Source of the DNA: Auanema rhodensis
Lineage: Eukaryota > Animalia > Nematoda
Assembly (NCBI GenBank): GCA_964057225.1
Contig: OZ059900.1
Coordinates: 5,022,001-5,086,000 of the forward strand
Length of the DNA: 64,000 nucleotides
Direction of reading: 5' to 3'
The position numbers were made by a program, and so were the translations under genes. This document shows positions 53,091 to 64,000 of this stretch, one piece after another (the first letter of the stretch is position 1; the number at the start of each line of letters is the position of its first letter). The notes beneath the pieces are model-generated. The model was not told where the DNA came from. It made no database searches and was given only the letters and a program-made list of their open reading frames with translations.

Positions 53091-56000
53091 AGGAAAGCTA
53101 CAGCGCTGACAGATTCAATCAAGTTTAAAAAAAAATTTTTTTTCAATTCAGATGTTGACACTCTTTGAAAATGTGTAATAAATGTTTTGAGAGTATCGTG
53201 AAAACAAGTTGGAAAAAAACTTTTTTTTGGACTTGGAAATTTTTTTTGGACTGTGAGCCATTCGCATGGCTTAATCCTTGAGGAAAGCTACAGCGCTGAC
53301 AGATTCAATCAAGTTTAAAAAAAAAATTTTTTTTTCAATTCAGATGTTGAAACTCTTTAAAAATGTGTAATAAATGTTTTGAGAGTATCGTGAAAACAAG
53401 TTGGAAAAAAATTTTTTTTTGGACTGTGAGTCATTCGCATGGCTTAATCCTTGAGGAAAGCTACAGCGCTGACAGATTCAATCAAGTTTAAAAATAAACT
53501 TTTTTTTTCAATTCAGATGTTGAAACTCTTTAAAAATGTGTAAAAAATGTTTTGAGAGTATCGTGAAAACAAGTTGGGAAAAAAATTTTTTTTTGGACTT
53601 GGAAATTTTTTTTGGTCTGTGAGCCATTCGCATGGCTTAATCGTTGAGGAAAGCTACAGCGCTGACAGATTCAATCAAGTTTAAAAAAAAAATTTTTTTT
53701 AATTCAGATGTTCACACTCTTTGAAAATGTGTAATAAATGTTTTGAGAGTATCGTGAAAACAAGTTGGAAAAAAACTTTTTTTTGGACTTGGAAATTTTT
53801 TTTGGACTGTGAGCCATTCGCATGGCTTAATCCTTTAGGAAAGCTACAGCGCTGACAGATTCAATCAAGTTTAAAAAAAAAATTTTTTTAAATTCAGATG
53901 TTCACACTCTTTGAAAATGTGTAATAAATGTTTTGAGAGTATCGTGAAAACAAGTTGGAAAAAAACTTTTTTTTGGACTTGGAAATTTTTTTTGGACTGT
54001 GAGCCATTCGCATGGCTTAATCCTTGAGGAAAGCTACAGCGCTGACAGATTCAATCAAGTTTAAAAAAAAATTTTTTTTTAATTCAGATGTTGACACTCT
54101 TTGAAAATGTGTAATAAATGTTTTGAGAGTATCGTGAAAACAAGTTGGAAAAAACTTTTTTTTGGACTTGGAAATTTTTTTTGGACTGTGAGCCATTCGC
54201 ATGGCTTAATCCTTGAGGAAAGCTACAGCGCTGACAGATTCAATCAAGTTTAAAAAAAAATTTTTTTTTCAATTCAGATGTTGAAACTCTTTAAAAATGT
54301 GTAATAAATGTTTTGAGAGTATCGTGAAAACAAGTTGGAAAAAAATTTTTTTTGGACTGTGAGTCATTCGCATGGCTTAATCCTTGAGAAAAGCTACAGC
54401 GCTGACAGATTCAATCAAGTTTAAAAATAAATTTTTTTTTCCAATTCAGATGTTGAAACTCTTTAAAAATGTGTAAAAAATGTTTTGAGAGTACCGTGAA
54501 AACAAGTTGGGAAAAAAATTTTTTTGGGACTTGGAAATTTTTTTTGGACTGTGAGCCATTCGCATGGCTTAATCCTTGAGGAAAGCTACAGCGCTGACAG
54601 ATTCAATCAAGTTTAAAAAAAAATTTTTTTTCAATTCAGATGTTGACACTCTTTGAAAATGTGTAATAAATGTTTTGAGAGTATCGTGAAAACAAGTTGG
54701 AAAAAAACTTTTTTTTGGACTTGGAAATTTTTTTTGGACTGTGAGCCATTCGCATGGCTTAATCCTTGAGGAAAGCTACAGCGCTGACAGATTCAATCAA
54801 GTTTAAAAAAAAAAATTTTTTTTTCAATTCAGATGTTGAAACTCTTTGAAAATGTGTAATAAATGTTTTGAGAGTATCGTGAAAACAAGTTGGAAAAAAA
54901 TTTTTTTTTGGACTGTGAGTCATTCGCATGGCTTAATCCTTGAGGAAAGCTACAGCGCTGACAGATTCAATCAAGTTTAAAAAAAAAAATTTTTTTTTCA
55001 ATTCAGATGTTGAAACTCTTTAAAAATGTGTAATAAATGTTTTGAGAGTATCGTGAAAACAAGTTGGAAAAAAATTTTTTTTTGGACTGTGAGTCATTCG
55101 CATGGCTTAATCCTTGAGGAAAGCTACAGCGCTGACAGATTCAATCAAGTTTAAAAAAAAATTTTTTTTTTCAATTCAGATGTTGAAACTCTTTAAGAAT
55201 GTGTAAAAAATGTTTTGAGAGTATCGTGAAAACAAGTTGGAAAAAAATTTTTTTTTGGACTTGGAAATTTTTTTTGGTCTGTGAGCCTTTCGCATGGCTT
55301 AATCCTTGAGGAAAGCTACAGCGCTGACAGATTCAATCAAGTTTAAAAAAAAAATTTTTTTTCAATTCAGATGTTGAAACTCTTTAAAAATGTGTAATAA
55401 ATGTTTTGAGAGTATCGTGAAAACAAGTTGGAAAAAAATTTTTTTTTGGACTGTGAGTCATTCGCATGGCTTAATCCTTGAGGAAAGCTACAGCGCTGAC
55501 AGATTCAATCAAGTTTAAAAAAAAATTTTTTTTTTCAATTCAGATGTTGAAACTCTTTAAGAATGTGTAAAAAATGTTTTGAGAGTATCGTGAAAACAAG
55601 TTGGAAAAAAATTTTTTTTTGGACTTGGAAATTTTTTTTGGTCTGTGAGCCTTTCGCATGGCTTAATCCTTGAGGAAAGCTACAGCGCTGACAGATTCAA
55701 TCAAGTTTAAAAAAAAAATTTTTTTTCAATTCAGATGTTGAAACTCTTTAAAAATGTGTAATAAATGTTTTGAGAGTATCGTGAAAACAAGTTGGAAAAA
55801 AACTTTTTTTTGGACTTGGAAATTTTTTTTGGACTGTGAGCCATTCGCATGGCTTAATCCTTGAGGAAAGCTACAGCGCTGACAGATTCAATCAAGTTTA
55901 AAAAAAAATTTTTTTTCAATTCAGATGTTGACACTCTTTGAAAATGTGTAATAAATGTTTTGAGAGTATCGTGAAAACAAGTTGGAAAAAAACTTTTTTT

Positions 56001-59000
56001 TGGACTTGGAAATTTTTTTTGGACTGTGAGCCATTCGCATGGCTTAATCCTTGAGGAAAGCTACAGCGCTGACAGATTCAATCAAGTTTAAAAAAAAATT
56101 TTTTTTCAATTCAGATGTTGACACTCTTTGAAAATGTGTAATAAATGTTTTGAGAGTATCGTGAAAACAAGTTGGAAAAAAACTTTTTTTTGGACTTGGA
56201 AATTTTTTTTGGACTGTGAGCCATTCGCATGGCTTAATCCTTGAGGAAAGCTACAGCGCTGACAGATTCAATCAAGTTTAAAAAAAAAATTTTTTTTTCA
56301 ATTCAGATGTTGAAACTCTTTAAAAATGTGTAATAAATGTTTTGAGAGTATCGTGAAAACAAGTTGGAAAAAAATTTTTTTTTGGACTGTGAGTCATTCG
56401 CATGGCTTAATCCTTGAGGAAAGCTACAGCGCTGACAGATTCAATCAAGTTTAAAAAAAAATTTTTTTTTTCAATTCAGATGTTGAAACTCTTTAAGAAT
56501 GTGTAAAAAATGTTTTGAGAGTATCGTGAAAACAAGTTGGAAAAAAATTTTTTTTGGTCTGTGAGCCTTTCGCATGGCTTAATCCTTGAGGAAAGCTACA
56601 GCGCTGACAGATTCAATCAAGTTTAAAAAAAAAATTTTTTTTCAATTCAGATGTTGAAACTCTTTAAAAATGTGTAATAAATGTTTTGAGAGTATCGTGA
56701 AAACAAGTTGGAAAAAAACTTTTTTTTGGACTTGGAAATTTTTTTTGGACTGTGAGCCATTCGCATGGCTTAATCCTTGAGGAAAGCTACAGCGCTGACA
56801 GATTCAATCAAGTTTAAAAAAAAATTTTTTTTCAATTCAGATGTTGACACTCTTTGAAAATGTGTAATAAATGTTTTGAGAGTATCGTGAAAACAAGTTG
56901 GAAAAAAACTTTTTTTTGGACTTGGAAATTTTTTTTGGACTGTGAGCCATTCGCATGGCTTAATCCTTGAGGAAAGCTACAGCGCTGACAGATTCAATCA
57001 AGTTTAAAAATAAACTTTTTTTTTCAATTCAGATGTTGAAACTCTTTAAAAATGTGTAAAAAATGTTTTGAGAGTATCGTGAAAACAAGTTGGGAAAAAA
57101 ATTTTTTTGGGACTTGGAAATTTTTTTTGGACTGTGAGCCATTCGCATGGCTTAATCCTTGAGGAAAGCTACAGCGCTGACAGATTCAATCAAGTTTAAA
57201 AAAAAATTTTTTTTCAATTCAGATGTTGACACTCTTTGAAAATGTGTAATAAATGTTTTGAGAGTATCGTGAAAACAAGTTGGAAAAAAACTTTTTTTTG
57301 GACTTGGAAATTTTTTTTGGACTGTGAGCCATTCGCATGGCTTAATCCTTGAGGAAAGCTACAGCGCTGACAGATTCAATCAAGTTTAAAAAAAAAAATT
57401 TTTTTTTCAATTCAGATGTTGAAACTCTTTAAAAATGTGTAAAAAATGTTTTGAGAGTATCGTGAAAACAAGTTGGAAAAAAATTTTTTTTTGGACTGTG
57501 AGTCATTCGCATGGCTTAATCCTTGAGGAAAGCTACAGCGCTGACAGATTCAATCAAGTTTAAAAATAAATTTTTTTTTTCAATTCAGATGTTGAAACTC
57601 TTTAAAAATGTGTAAAAAATGTTTTGAGAGTATCGTGAAAACAAGTTGGAAAAAAATTTTTTTGGGACTTGGAAATTTTTTTTGGTCTGTGAGCCATTCG
57701 TATGGCTTAATCCTTGAGGAAAGCTACAGCGCTGACAGATTCAATCAAGTTTAAAAAAAAATTTTTTTTTTCAATTCAGATGTTGAAACTCTTTAAGAAT
57801 GTGTAAAAAATGTTTTGAGAGTATCGTGAAAACAAGTTGGAAAAAAATTTTTTTTGGTCTGTGAGCCTTTCGCATGGCTTAATCCTTGAGGAAAGCTACA
57901 GCGCTGACAGATTCAATCAAGTTTAAAAAAAAAATTTTTTTTCAATTCAGATGTTGAAACTCTTTAAAAATGTGTAATAAATGTTTTGAGAGTATCGTGA
58001 AAACAAGTTGGAAAAAAACTTTTTTTTGGACTTGGAAATTTTTTTTGGACTGTGAGCCATTCGCATGGCTTAATCCTTGAGGAAAGCTACAGCGCTGACA
58101 GATTCAATCAAGTTTAAAAAAAAATTTTTTTTCAATTCAGATGTTGACACTCTTTGAAAATGTGTAATAAATGTTTTGAGAGTATCGTGAAAACAAGTTG
58201 GAAAAAAACTTTTTTTTGGACTTGGAAATTTTTTTTGGACTGTGAGCCATTCGCATGGCTTGATCCTTGAGGAAAGCTACAGCGCTGACAGATTCAATCA
58301 AGTTTAAAAAAAAATTTTTTTTCAATTCAGATGTTGACACTCTTTGAAAATGTGTAATAAATGTTTTGAGAGTATCGTGAAAACAAGTTGGAAAAAAACT
58401 TTTTTTTGGACTTGGAAATTTTTTTTGGACTGTGAGCCATTCGCATGGCTTAATCCTTGAGGAAAGCTACAGCGCTGACAGATTCAATCAAGTTTAAAAA
58501 AAAAATTTTTTTTTCAATTCAGATGTTGAAACTCTTTAAAAATGTGTAATAAATGTTTTGAGAGTATCGTGAAAACAAGTTGGAAAAAAATTTTTTTTTG
58601 GACTGTGAGTCATTCGCATGGCTTAATCCTTGAGGAAAGCTACAGCGCTGACAGATTCAATCAAGTTTAAAAATAAACTTTTTTTTTCAATTCAGATGTT
58701 GAAACTCTTTAAAAATGTGTAAAAAATGTTTTGAGAGTATCGTGAAAACAAGTTGGGAAAAAAATTTTTTTTTGGACTTGGAAATTTTTTTTGGTCTGTG
58801 AGCCATTCGCATGGCTTAATCGTTGAGGAAAGCTACAGCGCTGACAGATTCAATCAAGTTTAAAAAAAAAATTTTTTTTAATTCAGATGTTCACACTCTT
58901 TGAAAATGTGTAATAAATGTTTTGAGAGTATCGTGAAAACAAGTTGGAAAAAAACTTTTTTTTGGACTTGGAAATTTTTTTTGGACTGTGAGCCATTCGC

Positions 59001-61530
59001 ATGGCTTAATCCTTGAGGAAAGCTACAGCGCTGACAGATTCAATCAAGTTTAAAAAAAAATTTTTTTTTAATTCAGATGTTGACACTCTTTGAAAATGTG
59101 TAATAAATGTTTTGAGAGTATCGTGAAAACAAGTTGGAAAAAACTTTTTTTTGGACTTGGAAATTTTTTTTGGACTGTGAGCCATTCGCATGGCTTAATC
59201 CTTGAGGAAAGCTACAGCGCTGACAGATTCAATCAAGTTTAAAAAAAAATTTTTTTTTCAATTCAGATGTTGAAACTCTTTAAAAATGTGTAATAAATGT
59301 TTTGAGAGTATCGTGAAAACAAGTTGGAAAAAAATTTTTTTTGGACTGTGAGTCATTCGCATGGCTTAATCCTTGAGGAAAGCTACAGCGCTGACAGATT
59401 CAATCAAGTTTAAAAATAAATTTTTTTTTCCAATTCAGATGTTGAAACTCTTTAAAAATGTGTAAAAAATGTTTTGAGAGTACCGTGAAAACAAGTTGGG
59501 AAAAAAATTTTTTTGGGACTTGGAAATTTTTTTTGGACTGTGAGCCATTCGCATGGCTTAATCCTTGAGGAAAGCTACAGCGCTGACAGATTCAATCAAG
59601 TTTAAAAAAAAATTTTTTTTCAATTCAGATGTTGACACTCTTTGAAAATGTGTAATAAATGTTTTGAGAGTATCGTGAAAACAAGTTGGAAAAAAACTTT
59701 TTTTTGGACTTGGAAATTTTTTTTGGACTGTGAGCCATTCGCATGGCTTAATCCTTGAGGAAAGCTACAGCGCTGACAGATTCAATCAAGTTTAAAAAAA
59801 AAAATTTTTTTTTCAATTCAGATGTTGAAACTCTTTAAAAATGTGTAATAAATGTTTTGAGAGTATCGTGAAAACAAGTTGGAAAAAAATTTTTTTTTGG
59901 ACTGTGAGTCATTCGCATGGCTTAATCCTTGAGGAAAGCTACAGCGCTGACAGATTCAATCAAGTTTAAAAAAAAAAATTTTTTTTTCAATTCAGATGTT
60001 GAAACTCTTTAAAAATGTGTAATAAATGTTTTGAGAGTATCGTGAAAACAAGTTGGAAAAAAATTTTTTTTTGGACTGTGAGTCATTCGCATGGCTTAAT
60101 CCTTGAGGAAAGCTACAGCGCTGACAGATTCAATCAAGTTTAAAAAAAAATTTTTTTTTTCAATTCAGATGTTGAAACTCTTTAAGAATGTGTAAAAAAT
60201 GTTTTGAGAGTATCGTGAAAACAAGTTGGAAAAAAATTTTTTTTTGGACTTGGAAATTTTTTTTGGTCTGTGAGCCTTTCGCATGGCTTAATCCTTGAGG
60301 AAAGCTACAGCGCTGACAGATTCAATCAAGTTTAAAAAAAAAATTTTTTTTCAATTCAGATGTTGAAACTCTTTAAAAATGTGTAATAAATGTTTTGAGA
60401 GTATCGTGAAAACAAGTTGGAAAAAAATTTTTTTTTGGACTGTGAGTCATTCGCATGGCTTAATCCTTGAGGAAAGCTACAGCGCTGACAGATTCAATCA
60501 AGTTTAAAAAAAAATTTTTTTTTTCAATTCAGATGTTGAAACTCTTTAAGAATGTGTAAAAAATGTTTTGAGAGTATCGTGAAAACAAGTTGGAAAAAAA
60601 TTTTTTTTTGGACTTGGAAATTTTTTTTGGTCTGTGAGCCTTTCGCATGGCTTAATCCTTGAGGAAAGCTACAGCGCTGACAGATTCAATCAAGTTTAAA
60701 AAAAAATTTTTTTTTCAATTCAGATGTTGAAACTCTTTAAAAATGTGTAATAAATGTTTTGAGAGTATCGTGAAAACAAGTTGGAAAAAAACTTTTTTTT
60801 GGACTTGGAAATTTTTTTTGGACTGTGAGCCATTCGCATGGCTTAATCCTTGAGGAAAGCTACAGCGCTGACAGATTCAATCAAGTTTAAAAAAAAATTT
60901 TTTTTCAATTCAGATGTTGACACTCTTTGAAAATGTGTAATAAATGTTTTGAGAGTATCGTGAAAACAAGTTGGAAAAAAACTTTTTTTTGGACTTGGAA
61001 ATTTTTTTTGGACTGTGAGCCATTCGCATGGCTTAATCCTTGAGGAAAGCTACAGCGCTGACAGATTCAATCAAGTTTAAAAAAAAATTTTTTTTCAATT
61101 CAGATGTTGACACTCTTTGAAAATGTGTAATAAATGTTTTGAGAGTATCGTGAAAACAAGTTGGAAAAAAACTTTTTTTTGGACTTGGAAATTTTTTTTG
61201 GACTGTGAGCCATTCGCATGGCTTAATCCTTGAGGAAAGCTACAGCGCTGACAGATTCAATCAAGTTTAAAAAAAAAATTTTTTTTTCAATTCAGATGTT
61301 GAAACTCTTTAAAAATGTGTAATAAATGTTTTGAGAGTATCGTGAAAACAAGTTGGAAAAAAATTTTTTTTTGGACTGTGAGTCATTCGCATGGCTTAAT
61401 CCTTGAGGAAAGCTACAGCGCTGACAGATTCAATCAAGTTTAAAAAAAAATTTTTTTTTTCAATTCAGATGTTGAAACTCTTTAAGAATGTGTAAAAAAT
61501 GTTTTGAGAGTATCGTGAAAACAAGTTGGA
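51250..61530 (+). repeat. Large tandem duplication of ~5 kb (offset 5179, then 4989 after a one-monomer indel)
   Basis: Offset 5179: ttcgTatgg at 52522/57701 and aaaaaTaaac at 53495/58674. Offset 4989: gtaCcgtg at 54494/59483 and the identical pseudo-ORFs at 54017/59006. Confidence 0.85.
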
Positions 61531-64000
61531 AAAAAATTTTTTTTTGGACTTGGAAATTTTTTTTGGTCTGTGAGCCTTTCGCATGGCTTAATCCTTGAGG
61601 AAAGCTACAGCGCTGACAGATTCAATCAAGTTTAAAAAAAAAATTTTTTTTCAATTCAGATGTTGAAACTCTTTAAAAATGTGTAATAAATGTTTTGAGA
61701 GTATCGTGAAAACAAGTTGGAAAAAAACTTTTTTTTGGACTTGGAAATTTTTTTTGGACTGTGAGCCATTCGCATGGCTTAATCCTTGAGGAAAGCTACA
61801 GCGCTGACAGATTCAATCAAGTTTAAAAAAAAATTTTTTTTCAATTCAGATGTTGACACTCTTTGAAAATGTGTAATAAATGTTTTGAGAGTATCGTGAA
61901 AACAAGTTGGAAAAAAACTTTTTTTTGGACATGGAAATTTTTTTTGGACTGTGAGCCATTCGCATGGCTTAATCCTTGAGGAAAGCTACAGCGCTGACAG
62001 ATTCAATCAAGTTTAAAAAAAAATTTTTTTTCAATTCAGATGTTGACACTCTTTGAAAATGTGTAATAAATGTTTTGAGAGTATCGTGAAAACAAGTTGG
62101 AAAAAAACTTTTTTTTGGACTTGGAAATTTTTTTTGGACTGTGAGCCATTCGCATGGCTTAATCCTTGAGGAAAGCTACAGCGCTGACAGATTCAATCAA
62201 GTTTAAAAAAAAAATTTTTTTTTCAATTCAGATGTTGAAACTCTTTAAAAATGTGTAATAAATGTTTTGAGAGTATCGTGAAAACAAGTTGGAAAAAAAT
62301 TTTTTTTTGGACTGTGAGTCATTCGCATGGCTTAATCCTTGAGGAAAGCTACAGCGCTGACAGATTCAATCAAGTTTAAAAAAAAATTTTTTTTTTCAAT
62401 TCAGATGTTGAAACTCTTTAAGAATGTGTAAAAAATGCTTTGAGAGTATCGTGAAAACAAGTTGGAAAAAAATTTTTTTTTGGACTTGGAAATTTTTTTT
62501 GGTCTGTGAGCCTTTCGCATGGCTTAATCCTTGAGGAAAGCTACAGCGCTGACAGATTCAATCAAGTTTAAAAAAAAAATTTTTTTTCAATTCAGATGTT
62601 GAAACTCTTTAAAAATGTGTAATAAATGTTTTGAGAGTATCGTGAAAACAAGTTGGAAAAAAACTTTTTTTTGGACTTGGAAATTTTTTTTGGACTGTGA
62701 GCCATTCGCATGGCTTAATCCTTGAGGAAAGCTACAGCGCTGACAGATTCAATCAAGTTTAAAAAAAAATTTTTTTTCAATTCAGATGTTGACACTCTTT
62801 GAAAATGTGTAATAAATGTTTTGAGAGTATCGTGAAAACAAGTTGGAAAAAAACTTTTTTTTGGACTTGGAAATTTTTTTTGGACTGTGAGCCATTCGCA
62901 TGGCTTAATCCTTGAGGAAAGCTACAGCGCTGACAGATTCAATCAAGTTTAAAAAAAAATTTTTTTTCAATTCAGATGTTGACACTCTTTGAAAATGTGT
63001 AATAAATGTTTTGAGAGTATCGTGAAAACAAGTTGGAAAAAAACTTTTTTTTGGACTTGGAAATTTTTTTTGGACTGTGAGCCATTCGCATGGCTTAATC
63101 CTTGAGGAAAGCTACAGCGCTGACAGATTCAATCAAGTTTAAAAAAAAAATTTTTTTTTCAATTCAGATGTTGAAACTCTTTAAAAATGTGTAATAAATG
63201 TTTTGAGAGTATCGTGAAAACAAGTTGGAAAAAAATTTTTTTTTGGACTGTGAGTCATTCGCATGGCTTAATCCTTGAGGAAAGCTACAGCGCTGACAGA
63301 TTCAATCAAGTTTAAAAAAAAATTTTTTTTTTCAATTCAGATGTTGAAACTCTTTAAGAATGTGTAAAAAATGTTTTGAGAGTATCGTGAAAACAAGTTG
63401 GAAAAAAACTTTTTTTTGGACATGGAAATTTTTTTTGGACTGTGAGCCATTCGCATGGCTTAATCCTTGAGGAAAGCTACAGCGCTGACAGATTCAATCA
63501 AGTTTAAAAAAAAAATTTTTTTTCAATTCAGATGTTGAAACTCTTTAAAAATGTGTAATAAATGTTTTGAGAGTATCGTGAAAACAAGTTGGAAAAAAAC
63601 TTTTTTTTGGACTTGGAAATTTTTTTTGGACTGTGAGCCATTCGCATGGCTTAATCCTTGAGGAAAGCTACAGCGCTGACAGATTCAATCAAGTTTAAAA
63701 AAAAATTTTTTTTCAATTCAGATGTTGACACTCTTTGAAAATGTGTAATAAATGTTTTGAGAGTATCGTGAAAACAAGTTGGAAAAAAACTTTTTTTTGG
63801 ACATGGAAATTTTTTTTGGACTGTGAGCCATTCGCATGGCTTAATCCTTGAGGAAAGCTACAGCGCTGACAGATTCAATCAAGTTTAAAAAAAAATTTTT
63901 TTTCAATTCAGATGTTGACACTCTTTGAAAATGTGTAATAAATGTTTTGAGAGTATCGTGAAAACAAGTTGGAAAAAAACTTTTTTTTGGACTTGGAAAT
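60260..64000 (+). repeat. 5-monomer higher-order repeat, 936-bp period
   Basis: tttaaGaatg at 60550, 61486, 62422 and 63358, exactly 936 bp apart. The same offset is seen at 55561/56497. Confidence 0.9.

Larger units (their letters stand above)
1..64000. repeat. Tandem satellite DNA array, 190-bp AT-rich monomer (with ~171-bp and 210-bp length variants), all head-to-tail
   Basis: The sequence at 1-190 recurs at 191-380 and continues to the end of the window. The core ggactgtgagccattcgcatggcttaatccttgaggaaagctacagcgctgacagattcaatcaag recurs every 170-210 bp in the same orientation. I saw no unique sequence, and the array runs off both ends. Confidence 0.99.

Noticed and set aside
54017-54202. 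61-aa minus-strand ORF (MRMAHSPKK...)
   Set aside because: It is one satellite monomer read through because a 1-bp homopolymer deletion makes it 189 bp and frame-preserving. The K/F runs come from A/T tracts and there is no domain or gene context.
58137-58340. 67-aa minus-strand ORF
   Set aside because: It exists only because a singleton ttAatcc>ttGatcc change at 58262 removes the minus-strand TAA stop, so it is a chance satellite ORF.
59006-59191. Identical 61-aa ORF
   Set aside because: It is a copy of the same monomer produced by the 4989-bp-offset duplication, not independent evidence of coding.
1-64000. CRISPR-like array (palindromic conserved core with regular spacing)
   Set aside because: The intervening sequences are near-identical rather than unique spacers, the period is 170-210 bp, and there are no cas genes or leader.

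Overview
The whole 64-kb window is one uninterrupted head-to-tail tandem satellite DNA array of roughly 340-345 monomers (estimated from mean monomer length). The AT-rich monomer is 190 bp (first copy 1-190, about 32% GC by my count). It has a ~53-bp GC-richer core packed with short dyad symmetries and three A(n)/T(n) tracts. Monomers fall into three length classes (~170-173, ~189-193, 210 bp) set by 0, 1 or 2 copies of a 19-bp module (ggacttggaaatttttttt). They also fall into two linked sequence types (gaCactctttGaaaa versus gaAactctttAaaaa). Diagnostic variants show a patchwork of local higher-order repeats and block duplications, with offsets of 364, 569, 728, 750, 936, 1138, 1300, 1320, 1663, 1696, 2580, 2794, 2852, ~3563, 4735 and 4989/5179 bp. 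These are arranged in about three variant-defined domains, with a more divergent zone at ~42.6-45.3 kb. I find no credible genes, RNA genes, transposons, inversions or CRISPR spacers, and the three ORFs in the track are satellite read-through artefacts. The array resembles eukaryotic centromeric or pericentromeric heterochromatin (inference). I cannot assign species or a named satellite family from sequence alone. I see no evidence of a novel gene-encoded system, so the interest lies in the array architecture.
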